Notes: a model not told the origin generated them from the letters alone. A stretch of 32,014 nt of DNA from Armatimonadota bacterium (GCA_037440005.1 JBBIUY010000034.1:1-32014), one strand, 5' to 3'. Shown: positions 9,539 to 18,521, numbered from the stretch's first letter. Translations and numbers: made by a program.

Positions 9539-9976
9539 ATGCTGGCTCGGCGGATGGGCCCGTTTGAAGAGCTGTTCGAGCTCCAGAGGGACCTGATGAA
9601 CCTGTTTGATCGGGTCTTCTCGGGCGAGGCCGCCGACGCCACGGGCTTCCGTCCCGCCTGCGAGGCCTACTACAAGGACGGGCAGCTGGTGATGCGGGCG
9701 GAGCTCGCGGGTGTCGACCCGAAGAGCGTGGACATCTCCCTGGCGGGGCGCACCCTGACCATCAAGGGCACGCGGCCCGCGCCGGAGGTGCCGGCCGACG
9801 ACCGGCTCTTCGGGGAGATCGAGTACGGCACCTTCGAGCGGACCCTGACCCTGCCCGAGGGCCTGCAGGCCGACGGCATCAAGGCCCGGTGGCACGACGG
9901 CATCCTGGAGGTCACCATTCCGGTGAGCCAGGAGGTGCTGCCCAAGAAGATTCCGGTCGAGGTGGTTCGGGCCTGA
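9539..9976 (+). CDS. Hsp20/alpha-crystallin small heat shock protein
   Basis: AELAGVDPKSVDI, LTIKGTR, EIEYGTFERTLTLP, IKARWHDGILEVTIP. GGAGGTGAGG SD before ATG 9539. Confidence 0.95.
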   Translation: MLARRMGPFEELFELQRDLMNLFDRVFSGEAADATGFRPACEAYYKDGQLVMRAELAGVDPKSVDISLAGRTLTIKGTRPAPEVPADDRLFGEIEYGTFERTLTLPEGLQADGIKARWHDGILEVTIPVSQEVLPKKIPVEVVRA

Positions 9977-10101
9977 CCGGGCGGCAGACCTCCGGGGACG
10001 CGGCGGCGGCCCCGACCGTCGCGCTCCCGGAGGCCGCCCGGCTCAGGTCCGGGCGCCGCGAGTGCGGCAGCCCATGACCCTGTGACAGGAGGTGATGGGC
10101 C

Positions 10102-10617
10102 ATGCTGGCTGACGTGGGTCTGATGCTCCTCCGCGGTGTGACCGGCCTCCTGTTTGCGGGCCACGGGCTGCAGAAGCTGGCGGGCTGGTTCGGCGGGCAT
10201 GGGCTCGCCGGCACAGGGCAGTGGATGGAGTCCGTCGGGTTGCGGCCCGGCCGCCTGTGGGCGGCGGTGGCTGGCGCGGCGGAGACCGTGGGTGGCCTGC
10301 TGCTGGTCCTGGGGGCAGTGACCCCCGTCGCGGGGGCGCTGCTGGCCGCCGTGATGGTCACCGCCATCGCGCGGGTGCACTGGCCGCACGGCCTGTGGGT
10401 GCACGCCGGCGGCGCTGAGCACGCGCTCGTGAACCTGGCGGTGGCCGTGGCCCTGGCGCTGGTCGGACCGGGCCGCTACGCGGTGGACGCCGTCTGGAGT
10501 GTTCCCGTGCCCGCGGTGCCGGCGATCCTCGCCGGGCTGGCCGCCGGGCTCGTGGTCGGTGTGGGGGTCCCGGTCGCGGTCCGCATCGCGCGGCCGACAG
10601 CCGGTCAGGCGGCCTGA
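10102..10617 (+). CDS. DoxX family membrane protein
   Basis: LLRGVTGLLFAGHGLQKLAGWFGG, AETVGGLLL, GPGRYAVD. Confidence 0.93.
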   Translation: MLADVGLMLLRGVTGLLFAGHGLQKLAGWFGGHGLAGTGQWMESVGLRPGRLWAAVAGAAETVGGLLLVLGAVTPVAGALLAAVMVTAIARVHWPHGLWVHAGGAEHALVNLAVAVALALVGPGRYAVDAVWSVPVPAVPAILAGLAAGLVVGVGVPVAVRIARPTAGQAA

Positions 10618-10784
10618 GGGGACCTCCCTCTGGGTGCCGCTTCTCCCCCCGCGGCACCGGCCCCGGCCGGCCCGGCCGCTTTTTGTATGTGCGCGCTGGC
10701 TATCCGGCCGGGCACACCGACGACCGCGACAGGGGAAAGCGGCCTGCGGGGGGACGGGGCCAGAGCCGGCCGCCCGCCGACGTG

Positions 10785-11138
10785 CTAAGACTTGGCGCGC
10801 GCCTCCTTCGGCAGCACGCCGAACGCCAGCCAGGCGCTCAGCACCAGCGCGATCAGCCCGCCCACCACCGAGGTCCAGGTGACGTTGGCCACCTCCCCCA
10901 GCCGGTAGACGTAGGGGAAGGCGATGAACCAGATGCCCACCAGGCCGTTCACGTACTGGATCCAGGTCTGGCGGCGGGCCGACTCGCTGAGGGCCGCCCA
11001 GCCGGCGAGGATCAGGAGGATGGCACCGCCGAGGATGCTCAGCCACATCGGCGTGGTGCGATCGGAGAACCTCAGGACGAACGGCGCGAGGATGAACCAC
11101 AGTCCGACGACGGCGTTCACCACGTTCGCCCACACCAT
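10785..11138 (-). CDS. SPW-repeat family small membrane protein
   Basis: Two repeats (W..NAVVGLWFILAPFV and W..YVNGLVGIWFIAFPYV); GGAGGTGAGG SD. Confidence 0.85.
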   Translation of the reverse strand: MVWANVVNAVVGLWFILAPFVLRFSDRTTPMWLSILGGAILLILAGWAALSESARRQTWIQYVNGLVGIWFIAFPYVYRLGEVANVTWTSVVGGLIALVLSAWLAFGVLPKEARAKS

Positions 11139-11264
11139 GTGACCTCACCTCCTTTCGTCCCGCCCGGGCCGGGCCGGCTCTGGCCCTCCATATCTCACAA
11201 TGTCCCGTCCAGACAGCGGGGTCAAGAGGGTACGGGCGTTCGCGGGGCGGTACGGAGGCGGCGG

Positions 11265-11435
11265 TCAGGGAAGGAGGGCGGCCAGGCCCGAGGCCAGTAG
11301 GGCGTAGGCGGCGGTGAGGAAGATGCCGGCGACCAGCTCGTCGCGGGCGGACACCCGCAGGGCGCGCAGCGACAGCACCGTGAGGGGAAGCACGCCCGCA
11401 AAGGCGATCAGGATGCCCGGGTGCACGGACCCCAC
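11265..11435 (-). CDS. Small two-TM hypothetical membrane protein (56 aa)
   Basis: AGGAGG SD then GTG 11435. MGSVHPGILIAFAGVLPLTVLSL...LVAGIFLTAAYALLASGLAALLP. Extended -10 TGG-TATACT (hexamer at 11468-11473, minus strand). Confidence 0.6.
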   Translation of the reverse strand: MGSVHPGILIAFAGVLPLTVLSLRALRVSARDELVAGIFLTAAYALLASGLAALLP

Positions 11436-11621
11436 GACGTCCCTCCTGCCGGACACACTTGGGCCGGAGTATACCACGGGCTGCGCCGGCGCCTCAAGCG
11501 GAGGAGGAGGGGCGCCGGTGGGGCGAACAGCCTCCTGGGAGACGGTCCCAGACGGGGGGGCCGTCTGCGGCCGCTCGACCCCCGGGGGTCGCGGGGAGCC
11601 GCGGGAAGACGGGGTGGGACG

Positions 11622-11831
11622 ATGATCTGGGCGGGACGGGGGATGCGGGTGCGGGTCATCGGGGTCGACCGCTTCGACCACTCCCGGCCCCGGGACGTGT
11701 ACGCCATCGACTCGTTGGGGTCGGACATCCGCCTGCTGGTGGCCAGCGACGAGGGCAGGTTACGCTGGGTCTCCGCCAGCCAGTGCGTGGTGGCCGGCTA
11801 CACCGAGGGACGTCTGGGTCTGGACGACTGA
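11622..11831 (+). CDS. Small hypothetical protein (start may be 11643)
   Basis: GC3-rich, beta-rich ORF MRVRVIGVDRFD...LLVASDEGRLRWV just upstream of the SLH gene. Confidence 0.55.
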   Translation: MIWAGRGMRVRVIGVDRFDHSRPRDVYAIDSLGSDIRLLVASDEGRLRWVSASQCVVAGYTEGRLGLDD

Positions 11832-11859
11832 CCGGACCCACAGCGGAGGAGGCGGGAGC

Positions 11860-12369
11860 ATGCGTGCCGTGGCGGCGGTGGTGGTGGTGCTGGGCCTGGC
11901 GGGGGCGGCCGGGGCCCAGGTGCCGTCGGCGTTCGTGGACGTGCCCCCCTGGCACTGGGCGTTTGACGCCGTCCAGCAGGGGGCGGCGGCCGGGATCTTT
12001 ACCGGCTACCCGGCGGCCGACGCCGAACTCGTGGCCAACGCCCTCACCCAGGTCTACGACGCCTTCGCCCACCCGGACCACCCTCTGGCCCCGGCCTGGG
12101 CCGAGGCGTTCCTGACCAACCTCCCGGCGGGCTGGCCGCAGCCCCTGCTGCGCAGCCGCCTGCGGGGGTTCGCCCTCAGCGGCATCGACGTGCGCGTCCA
12201 GGGCGATCGGGCCACGATCCGCTGGACGGCGGAGGCGGTGGTCCGCGCCGACGGCACCAGCCGGATCCGGGCGGAGGCGACCGCAGAGGCGGTGCGGGAC
12301 CCGGCCGGCCGGTGGCGGATTGACTACGGCGCCCTGGCCGCGGCCCAGCCGCAGGTGTTTGGCAGATAG
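11860..12369 (+). CDS. Secreted protein with N-terminal SLH-like motif
   Basis: Signal peptide (AGA-Q), then FVDVPPWHWAFDAV...GIFTGYP. GGAGGAGG SD. Confidence 0.8.
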   Translation: MRAVAAVVVVLGLAGAAGAQVPSAFVDVPPWHWAFDAVQQGAAAGIFTGYPAADAELVANALTQVYDAFAHPDHPLAPAWAEAFLTNLPAGWPQPLLRSRLRGFALSGIDVRVQGDRATIRWTAEAVVRADGTSRIRAEATAEAVRDPAGRWRIDYGALAAAQPQVFGR

Positions 12370-12534
12370 TGCATCGATGCTCACCTGCACGTCCGCGCCC
12401 CGACGGAGGCAGCCCGGCCCCCGGCGGGCGGTCCGGCCGGCAGGAGTGGTGGGCGGGGGCGGGGAATCAGAAGGCCGGTTGGCGTCCGGAGCAGGCAGCC
12501 GGACAGTTCAGAACGAAGGGCAGGGGTGCAGTCG

Positions 12535-12741
12535 ATGGCTACTGGAACGGTGAAGTGGTTCAACGCCGAGAAGGGCTACGGGTTCATCACGCCCGACGAC
12601 GGCGGCCGGGATCTGTTCGTGCACTACACCGGCATCGAGGGCACCGGATACCGCACGCTCACCGAGGGGCAGAAGGTCGAGTACGAACCCGTCCAGGGGC
12701 AGAAGGGACCGCAGGCCACCAAGGTCCGCGTCATCGGCTGA
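12535..12741 (+). CDS. cspA: Cold-shock protein (CspA family)
   Basis: [42 protein letters not shown]. Confidence 0.97.
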   Translation: MATGTVKWFNAEKGYGFITPDDGGRDLFVHYTGIEGTGYRTLTEGQKVEYEPVQGQKGPQATKVRVIG

Positions 12742-12890
12742 CCCCGTCCCCTCCCCGCCCGGTCCCCGGGCGGGAGGTGTCCGCTTCCTCCAGGCAGGCT
12801 GTCCGGAGCGCGCCGGCCCGGCGTCTCCGGGGTGTCCGCACGCCCGTTCGATGACCGCACAGAGTCGGTGCGCGGCCGGTATTCATAAAT

Positions 12891-12917
12891 ACTGAAATCA
12901 CTCCGAAGGATTTCAGT
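12891..12917. promoter_or_regulatory. Perfect 9-bp inverted repeat, candidate operator for the XRE-TPR regulator
   Basis: ACTGAAATC-N9-GATTTCAGT in an AT-rich patch 48 bp upstream of the peptide ATG. Confidence 0.65.
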
Positions 12918-12965
12918 CTCCCGCGTGGAAATCTCGGGACCGGGAGGGCGAAAGGAGGCCCTCCC

Positions 12966-13124
12966 ATGCGGGTGGCGGCGGTGGTGGCAGTGCTGGTGGC
13001 AGTTCTGCTGGCGGCGGTGCCCGTGCCGGCAGGTCGGCCGCAGCCGGCCGGACACGGCGGGGCGGAGCTGCTGGGACACGGCGGCGCCGAACTGCTGGGG
13101 CACGGCGGGGCAGAGCTGCTGTAA
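12966..13124 (+). CDS. Secreted signalling propeptide, 52 aa: MRVAAVVAVLVAVLLAAVPVPAGRPQPA-(GHGGAELL)x3
   Basis: Not in the ORF track. AAAGGAGG SD, ATG 12966, TAA 13122-13124. Hydrophobic signal-like N-terminus; the three repeats differ only at synonymous third positions. Confidence 0.88.
   Translation: MRVAAVVAVLVAVLLAAVPVPAGRPQPAGHGGAELLGHGGAELLGHGGAELL
13050..13121 (+). repeat. 3 x 24-bp coding tandem repeat (GHGGAELL)
   Basis: GGACACGGCGGGGCGGAGCTGCTG / GGACACGGCGGCGCCGAACTGCTG / GGGCACGGCGGGGCAGAGCTGCTG. Confidence 0.95.
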
Positions 13125-13224
13125 GGAGTCCCGCTCCGCGGGCGGCGTGGTCCCGCCCCCTAGGGGTCGGGAGGGCCGGCGGTGCCACAGGGGGCGGGAC
13201 GGGGTCGGAAGACCGGAGGGCGCG

Positions 13225-14511
13225 GTGACCCTGGGGGAGAGGATCCGGGAGGCCCGCCGGCGGCGGGGGATGACCCAGCGGGAGCTGGCGGGCGGCACCC
13301 TGTCGGTGAGCTTGATCAGCATGGTCGAGCACGACCGGGTGCGGCCCTCCCTGAAGACGCTGCGGGTTCTGGCGCGCCGCCTGGGCGTCTCCCTGCGGTC
13401 GCTGGTGGACGACGACGGCACCGAGGCCGCGGGGCTGCGGGTGCGCCTGGGGGAGGGGCTGCTGCGCCAGCACCGGTTCGCCGAGGCCCTGGAAGTTTTT
13501 GCGGCGATCCCCGCCCCGGCGCTGGAGTCCCGGACCCTGCGGGCCCGCCGGGCTCTGGGGATGGGTCAGGCGTACGCCGGCCTGCGGCGGTTCCGGGAGG
13601 CCGCGCGCCACCTCCGGGAGGCCAGCGCCCTGGCCGCCGCCCTGGGCGATGCGGACCTGATGGCCGGGGCGGCCAACGGGCTGGGGTTTGTGGCGCTGCG
13701 GGCGCGGCGCTTCGCTCAGGCGCGGGAGATCCTGCAGGGGGCTGTGGACGCGCTGCGGCGGTCCGGACACACCCGCACCGAGGTGTACGGCAAGCTGCTG
13801 GCCAACCTCGGCCGGGCGTACCTGGAACTGGGGCTGCCGGCCCAGGCCCAGGAGTTCTTCCGCCAGGCCGCCGAGGTCCTGGATCCGGCGGTCGACCCGT
13901 ACCACCAGGGGCTGCTGTACTTCAACCAGGGCATCGCGTGCGAGCGCCAGCAGGCGTTCGAGCAGGCGCGGGAGTACCTGGACCGGGCGGCCCACCTGTT
14001 CACCCTGCACGAAAACGTCCGCCTCCTGGGCGCGGTGCGGCGCAGCGTGGGGATGCTGCTTCTGGAGCAGGGGCACCTGGATCAGGCGCGGGGTGCCCTC
14101 CAGGACAGCCTGCGGCTGGCCCGGCAGTGCGGAGACACCGAGGGGGTGGCGCAGACGCTGGTGGAACTGGCCCGCCTGCACGCACGGGCGGGGGAGCCCG
14201 ACGCCGCCCGGCAGGCCGCCGCCGAGGCTCGGGACCTGGCCGCCCGGCTGAACGATCCGGCCGAGCGGGCGCGGGCGGTCGCCGCGGAGGCGGAGGCCCT
14301 GGCCGCCGCGGGGCGGTGGGAGGATGCCGCCGGGCGGTACCAGGAGGCGGCGGCGGCGTTCGAGAGGCTGGGCATGGACGGGGAGTACCGCCGGGTCTGC
14401 CGCGACCTGGGGTTTGCGTTCCTGCGGGGCGGCCGGAGCGGGCAGGCGGCCGTGTGGTTCGCCCGCGCCTTCCAGGGACCCCAACCGGCGGCGCGGACGG
14501 AGGGACGGTGA
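13225..14511 (+). CDS. XRE-family HTH + TPR transcriptional regulator (RRNPP/NprR-PlcR-like architecture)
   Basis: GGAGG SD and GTG 13225. LGERIREARRRRGMTQRELA...SLISMVE..RVRPS HTH, followed by about 8 TPR-like repeats (ANGLG, LANLGRAY, YFNQGI). Confidence 0.9.
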   Translation: MTLGERIREARRRRGMTQRELAGGTLSVSLISMVEHDRVRPSLKTLRVLARRLGVSLRSLVDDDGTEAAGLRVRLGEGLLRQHRFAEALEVFAAIPAPALESRTLRARRALGMGQAYAGLRRFREAARHLREASALAAALGDADLMAGAANGLGFVALRARRFAQAREILQGAVDALRRSGHTRTEVYGKLLANLGRAYLELGLPAQAQEFFRQAAEVLDPAVDPYHQGLLYFNQGIACERQQAFEQAREYLDRAAHLFTLHENVRLLGAVRRSVGMLLLEQGHLDQARGALQDSLRLARQCGDTEGVAQTLVELARLHARAGEPDAARQAAAEARDLAARLNDPAERARAVAAEAEALAAAGRWEDAAGRYQEAAAAFERLGMDGEYRRVCRDLGFAFLRGGRSGQAAVWFARAFQGPQPAARTEGR

Positions 14512-14909
14512 TGGCGCCCCCAGCGCGCCGCGGACCGGCGGTGGACGACCTGCCCCGGCGCGTCCGGTCGCTGGTGTCCCTGGCTCCGGCTCGCCCGGTG
14601 CGGCGGGTGCGGGCCGCCGGGGGCACGGTGGCCGAGGTCCTCTGCGAGGTGGAGGTGGACGGCGCCCGCTACGTCCTCTCGCGGGTCACCGCGGCGTCTC
14701 CGGCCGTCAGCCTCAGTCCCCGGGAACGCCAGATCGCGACGCTGGTGGCCCGGGGTCTGCCGACCAAGGCCATCGCCGCCGCTCTGTCCATCAGCGCGTG
14801 GACGGTCTGCACGCACCTGCGCCGGATCTACCACCGGCTGGGGGTCAGTTCCCGGGCGGCCATGGTGGCGCGGCTGCTGGAGGACGGGGTCCTGACGTTG
14901 GACCGGTAG
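14511..14909 (+). CDS. LuxR-type HTH regulator without receiver domain
   Basis: LSPRERQIATLVARGLPTKAIAAALSISAWTVCTHLRRIYHRLGVSSR. TGATG coupling to the upstream gene. Confidence 0.88.
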   Translation: MAPPARRGPAVDDLPRRVRSLVSLAPARPVRRVRAAGGTVAEVLCEVEVDGARYVLSRVTAASPAVSLSPRERQIATLVARGLPTKAIAAALSISAWTVCTHLRRIYHRLGVSSRAAMVARLLEDGVLTLDR

Positions 14910-14930
14910 ATCGCCGCAGCGTCGGACGGG

Positions 14931-15824
14931 TCAGTGCACCCGCTGGTCGTGGCCGCCGGGCAGCTCGCAATACCAGGCCGCCAGCCGGGCAAAGGCCAGC
15001 AGCGGCGCCAGCGAGGCGCGGATGGAGGCGGCAATCCGGTCCGGGGCCGCCAGCCCGCTGGCGGTCAGCAGCTGCCACCGCGCCTCCACCACCGCCCCCA
15101 GCTGCAGGGCCAGCTCGGTGGTGATCGTGCCCGCGTCGGCTAGCGGCAGGAACACCTGCCAGCGCCGGCTGGGCCGCGGGATCTGCCACAGGGTGAGGAT
15201 GGCCTTGGCGATGCCGGTCGCGGCGCCGGCGGCGTTGCTGAACCACCCGATGATCTGCCCCAGCTGGTCGGGATCCCCTCCGGCCGCGTCGGCGTCCCGG
15301 GTCGCCGGCTCCAGGACCGCGGCCGCGGTGAGGACCCGCGCCAGCCGCCACCCGATGCGCAGGGGGTCCAGCAGGCGGGGAGGCCGGAAGGTGAGCCCCG
15401 CGCCGGCCCCGCCCCCGCCCAGCGCCCGGGCCTGGACGATGGCCTCCCGGGCGTCCTGCAGCATCGCCGCCCGCTCCTGCTCCACCCGCGCCTCGGCCCG
15501 CGCCGCGAAGGCGCGCACCGCCGCGGGGTCGTGGACCACCAGCGGGTGGGCGCTGGCGAGGATCTCGTAGATGACCGGCAGGATGTGGGTGTTGAGGGCG
15601 AAGGGCATCAGGATGCCGGGCGCGTCCTGCAGGGGGTTGGCGCCCGCCAGGCGCTCCAGGTAGTCGTCGATGGCCTGCTCGTCGGCGCCCTCGGGGAACA
15701 GCAGGGCGATCTCGATGTCGCTGTCGGGCCAGGTGCGCTCGTCGGCGTAGGTGCCGTACAGGTAGACGGCGGCCACCTCCCGGTCCCGGGAGAAGAACTC
15801 CCGCAGCGCGGCAAAGGCGGTCAC
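14931..15824 (-). CDS. MNT nucleotidyltransferase-like + HEPN/DUF86-like fusion, degenerate motifs
   Basis: N-terminal VAAVYLYGTYA....DSDIEIALL (GS..DxD-like). C-terminal P.R..QVFLPLADAGTITTELA.QL...EARWQLLT aligns by eye with DUF86 RNxLVH. Confidence 0.7.
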   Translation of the reverse strand: MTAFAALREFFSRDREVAAVYLYGTYADERTWPDSDIEIALLFPEGADEQAIDDYLERLAGANPLQDAPGILMPFALNTHILPVIYEILASAHPLVVHDPAAVRAFAARAEARVEQERAAMLQDAREAIVQARALGGGGAGAGLTFRPPRLLDPLRIGWRLARVLTAAAVLEPATRDADAAGGDPDQLGQIIGWFSNAAGAATGIAKAILTLWQIPRPSRRWQVFLPLADAGTITTELALQLGAVVEARWQLLTASGLAAPDRIAASIRASLAPLLAFARLAAWYCELPGGHDQRVH

Positions 15825-15875
15825 GGCTCCATGGTACTACAGCCGGCCGCGCGGCAGATGTCCGGGCGGGAGGGG

Positions 15876-16271
15876 TCAGCCGGGGGGAGCGAGCACGGCC
15901 CGCACCGCCGCCACCAGCTCGGCGGGGTTGAAGGGCTTGGTCAGGACCCGGTCGGCTCCCGCGTGCTCGGCCCGGGTGAGGGTCTGGGGCGTGCCGAACC
16001 CGGTGATCAGGATCACCCGGACCCGGGGCAGGGCGGCTTTGGCGCGCTTGAGGACATCCAGCCCCGACAGTCCGGGCATGCGGATGTCGGTGACGATCAG
16101 GTCCACGGGCTCCTGGCTCAGCAGGGCCAGGCCCTCCTCCCCGCTGCCGGCGCTGGTCACCTCGAAGCCGGCGCGGGCGAGCACGCGGGCGCACAGGTCG
16201 CGGATGGACGCCTCGTCGTCGATCACCAGGATCCGGGCCGTGCGCACCCGGGCGGAGGCCGTCTGGCTCAT
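15876..16271 (-). CDS. Single-domain response regulator (receiver)
   Basis: ILVIDDE, TDIRMPGLSG, ITG, KPF. ATGA overlap with the kinase stop. Confidence 0.93.
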   Translation of the reverse strand: MSQTASARVRTARILVIDDEASIRDLCARVLARAGFEVTSAGSGEEGLALLSQEPVDLIVTDIRMPGLSGLDVLKRAKAALPRVRVILITGFGTPQTLTRAEHAGADRVLTKPFNPAELVAAVRAVLAPPG

Positions 16272-18220
16272 GGGGAGGCCGCCGGCAGGGAGATGGTGAA
16301 CCGGGTCCCGCGGCCCGGCGTGCTGTCCACGGCGATGCTCCCGCCGTGACGCTCCACGATCCGCTTGCTGATGGGCAGGCCCAGCCCCGTGCCCTTGCCG
16401 TCCTCCTTGGTGGTGAAGAAGGGATCGAAGATGCGGTCCAGCTTGTCGGGCGGGATGCCGACCCCGGTGTCCTGGAAGGTGATCTCCACCCGGGGCCCGC
16501 TGCCGTTGTCGCTCACCTGGCGGGTGACGATCTCCACCTGGCCGCCCTGGGGCATGGCGTCGATGGCGTTGTTGAGGATGTTGATGAAGACCTGCTTGAG
16601 CTGGTTGACGTCGCCCAGGATCGGCGGTACGTGCGGGTCCAGCCGGGCCGCGATCCGCACGTTCTGGGATTCCGCCCGCCGGCGGATCAGCGGCAGGACC
16701 GCCTCGAGGGCGTCGTTGACCCGGGTCTGCTCCATCGCCGCGTCGGTCTGCCGGGCGTACCCCAGCAGGTCCCGCACGATGGCCCGGGCCCGCAGGGCCT
16801 CCTTCTCGATCACCTCCAGGTCGGTCCTCCGGGGGTCGTCGGGCGGGATCTCGCTGAGGATCAGGGAGGCGTAGCCCAGGACGCTGGTGAGGGGGTTGTT
16901 GATCTCGTGGGCCACGAAGGCCGCCAGCTCGCCGATGGTGGCCAGCTTGGCCGACTGTATCAGCTGGAACTGGGTCTGCTCCAGGGCGGCCATCTGCTTT
17001 TGCAGGCTGGCGAACAGCTGGGCCTTCTCGATGGCCACCGCCGCCTGGCTGGCCATGGTGAACAGCAGGTTCACGACCGGGGCGGCCAGGGGCTCCCGGG
17101 CCCCGACGATGACCAGCCCCACGGTGCGCTCGCCCACGGCCAGGGGGATGCTCACCACCATGGGGTCCCGGAGCAGCGGTCCGTACCAGGTCAGCTGGCG
17201 GATCCGGTCATCGTGCTCGGGCTGGCGGTAGACCTGCGGCCCCCGGGCGGCCAGCAGTTCCCGGAACGGGGAGTCGGCGGCGCTGCGGCTGAAGGGCGGG
17301 AAGACTTGGTCGGCGGTGCACCACAGCCCGAACTCCAGCCGCTGGGCGGCGGCGTCCAGCACCCCGACCCCGAAGACGTCCACTCCGGAGATCTTGCGAA
17401 CCTGGGCGTGCAGCGCCTCGTACACCTGCTCCAGCTCCAGGCTGCTGGTGAGCGCCTGGGCCAGCTCGTTGAGGCTGCTGAGCTGCTGGGCCCGGGCTTC
17501 GGCCTCCTGCTGGCTGCGACGGATCCGTTCGGCGTCCTCGATCTGGATCCGCAGCATCTTGGACAGGCCCGCCAGGGGCAGGGCCAGCAGGACCGTGCGC
17601 CAGGGGTTGACCAGCCAGAAGTCGGCCACCACGGTGCCCAGCCAGACCAGGACCATCTCCCGGTAGAAGCTGTGGCGGGAGATCACGCCCACCTGCAGCG
17701 GCGGCCGGCCGGCGGTCAGGGCGATGGCCAGGGTCACCAGGGCGCCGTTGACCAGGTAGAACGCCCCCCCGGCCGCAAAGGCGGCGGCGTACCACCGCAG
17801 GGCCAGCGCGCCCCCTCCGGCGTCGGGCCGGGCCAGCAGCCACACCGCCTCCGCGGCGGCCACCGACAGGACGTGCTGGGCGATGTTGAACGCCCCCTGG
17901 TACCAGGGCAGCTCCCGCCGCTTGATCCAGTAGGCGGTGAACGTCACCAGGACCAGGACCAGGATGTTGCCGGGGGGAAACAGCAGGATGGTGGCCACGA
18001 TGACCGCGTCGATCAGGGACCAGGCCATACCCTCCCGGCCCGGCATGATGACGCGGACGCCCAGAAGCTGCGTCAGCAGCGCCGCCGCCACGAAGACGGC
18101 GAACGCCGGATCCAGGCGCGGGCCGGCTCCGGGCAGCCGGGGGATGACCAGGGCCAGGACCGCCCCGGCGGCGATCACTGCCAGGACGTACAGCCGCGCC
18201 GGCGTCGGCAGGTGCTTCAT
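16268..18220 (-). CDS. Membrane sensor histidine kinase (multi-TM sensor + GAF + HisKA + HATPase)
   Basis: About 7 hydrophobic segments with FNIAQHVLS and YLVNGALV, a GAF region, AHEINNPL (H box), QVFINILNNAIDA, DTGVGI, FDPFFTTK, GTGLGL. Confidence 0.95.
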   Translation of the reverse strand: MKHLPTPARLYVLAVIAAGAVLALVIPRLPGAGPRLDPAFAVFVAAALLTQLLGVRVIMPGREGMAWSLIDAVIVATILLFPPGNILVLVLVTFTAYWIKRRELPWYQGAFNIAQHVLSVAAAEAVWLLARPDAGGGALALRWYAAAFAAGGAFYLVNGALVTLAIALTAGRPPLQVGVISRHSFYREMVLVWLGTVVADFWLVNPWRTVLLALPLAGLSKMLRIQIEDAERIRRSQQEAEARAQQLSSLNELAQALTSSLELEQVYEALHAQVRKISGVDVFGVGVLDAAAQRLEFGLWCTADQVFPPFSRSAADSPFRELLAARGPQVYRQPEHDDRIRQLTWYGPLLRDPMVVSIPLAVGERTVGLVIVGAREPLAAPVVNLLFTMASQAAVAIEKAQLFASLQKQMAALEQTQFQLIQSAKLATIGELAAFVAHEINNPLTSVLGYASLILSEIPPDDPRRTDLEVIEKEALRARAIVRDLLGYARQTDAAMEQTRVNDALEAVLPLIRRRAESQNVRIAARLDPHVPPILGDVNQLKQVFINILNNAIDAMPQGGQVEIVTRQVSDNGSGPRVEITFQDTGVGIPPDKLDRIFDPFFTTKEDGKGTGLGLPISKRIVERHGGSIAVDSTPGRGTRFTISLPAASP

Positions 18221-18323
18221 GGGCTGCCTCCCCCCGGACGCAGGTCAGCCCGGAGCCGCCGGAAGGGTCCGGCGTCCGGGCTGGCCTGCGCGAGAGTGAC
18301 GATCTCCGACCGCGCCCCGGCGG

Positions 18324-18473
18324 CTACTCCCACACTCCGGAGGACGCTCCCGACTCCCAGGTGGCTCCCTCCCAGGTGGCTCCCTCCCAGGTGGCCCCTC
18401 GCCCCCACGAGACCGAGGAAGCCGCGCACACCACGGCGACGGCCATCAGCACCGCGGCGATCCACCTTCGCAT
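18324..18473 (-). CDS. Secreted propeptide 1, 49 aa: MRRWIAAVLMAVAVVCAASSVSWGR-(GATWE)x3-SGASSGVWE
   Basis: GGAGGGAG SD 5 nt before ATG 18473. Basic then hydrophobic signal-like N-terminus, 3x15-bp repeat at 18354-18398, paralog upstream. Confidence 0.88.
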   Translation of the reverse strand: MRRWIAAVLMAVAVVCAASSVSWGRGATWEGATWEGATWESGASSGVWE

Positions 18474-18521
18474 CTTCACTCCCTCCCCGGCGGACAGAAC
18501 TCCTGCTACGGTCACAAACAG

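Noticed and set aside
12754..12774. Hairpin after cspA as an intrinsic terminator
   Set aside because: 9-bp GC stem but no U-tract; such stems are frequent at this GC content.
12925..13224. Cys/Trp-rich N-terminal extension of the XRE-TPR ORF
   Set aside because: It is an off-frame reading of the propeptide gene; the SD and HTH start support GTG 13225.
14931..15824. Active toxin-antitoxin or antiphage module
   Set aside because: The HEPN catalytic His is absent and there is no defence or mobile context.
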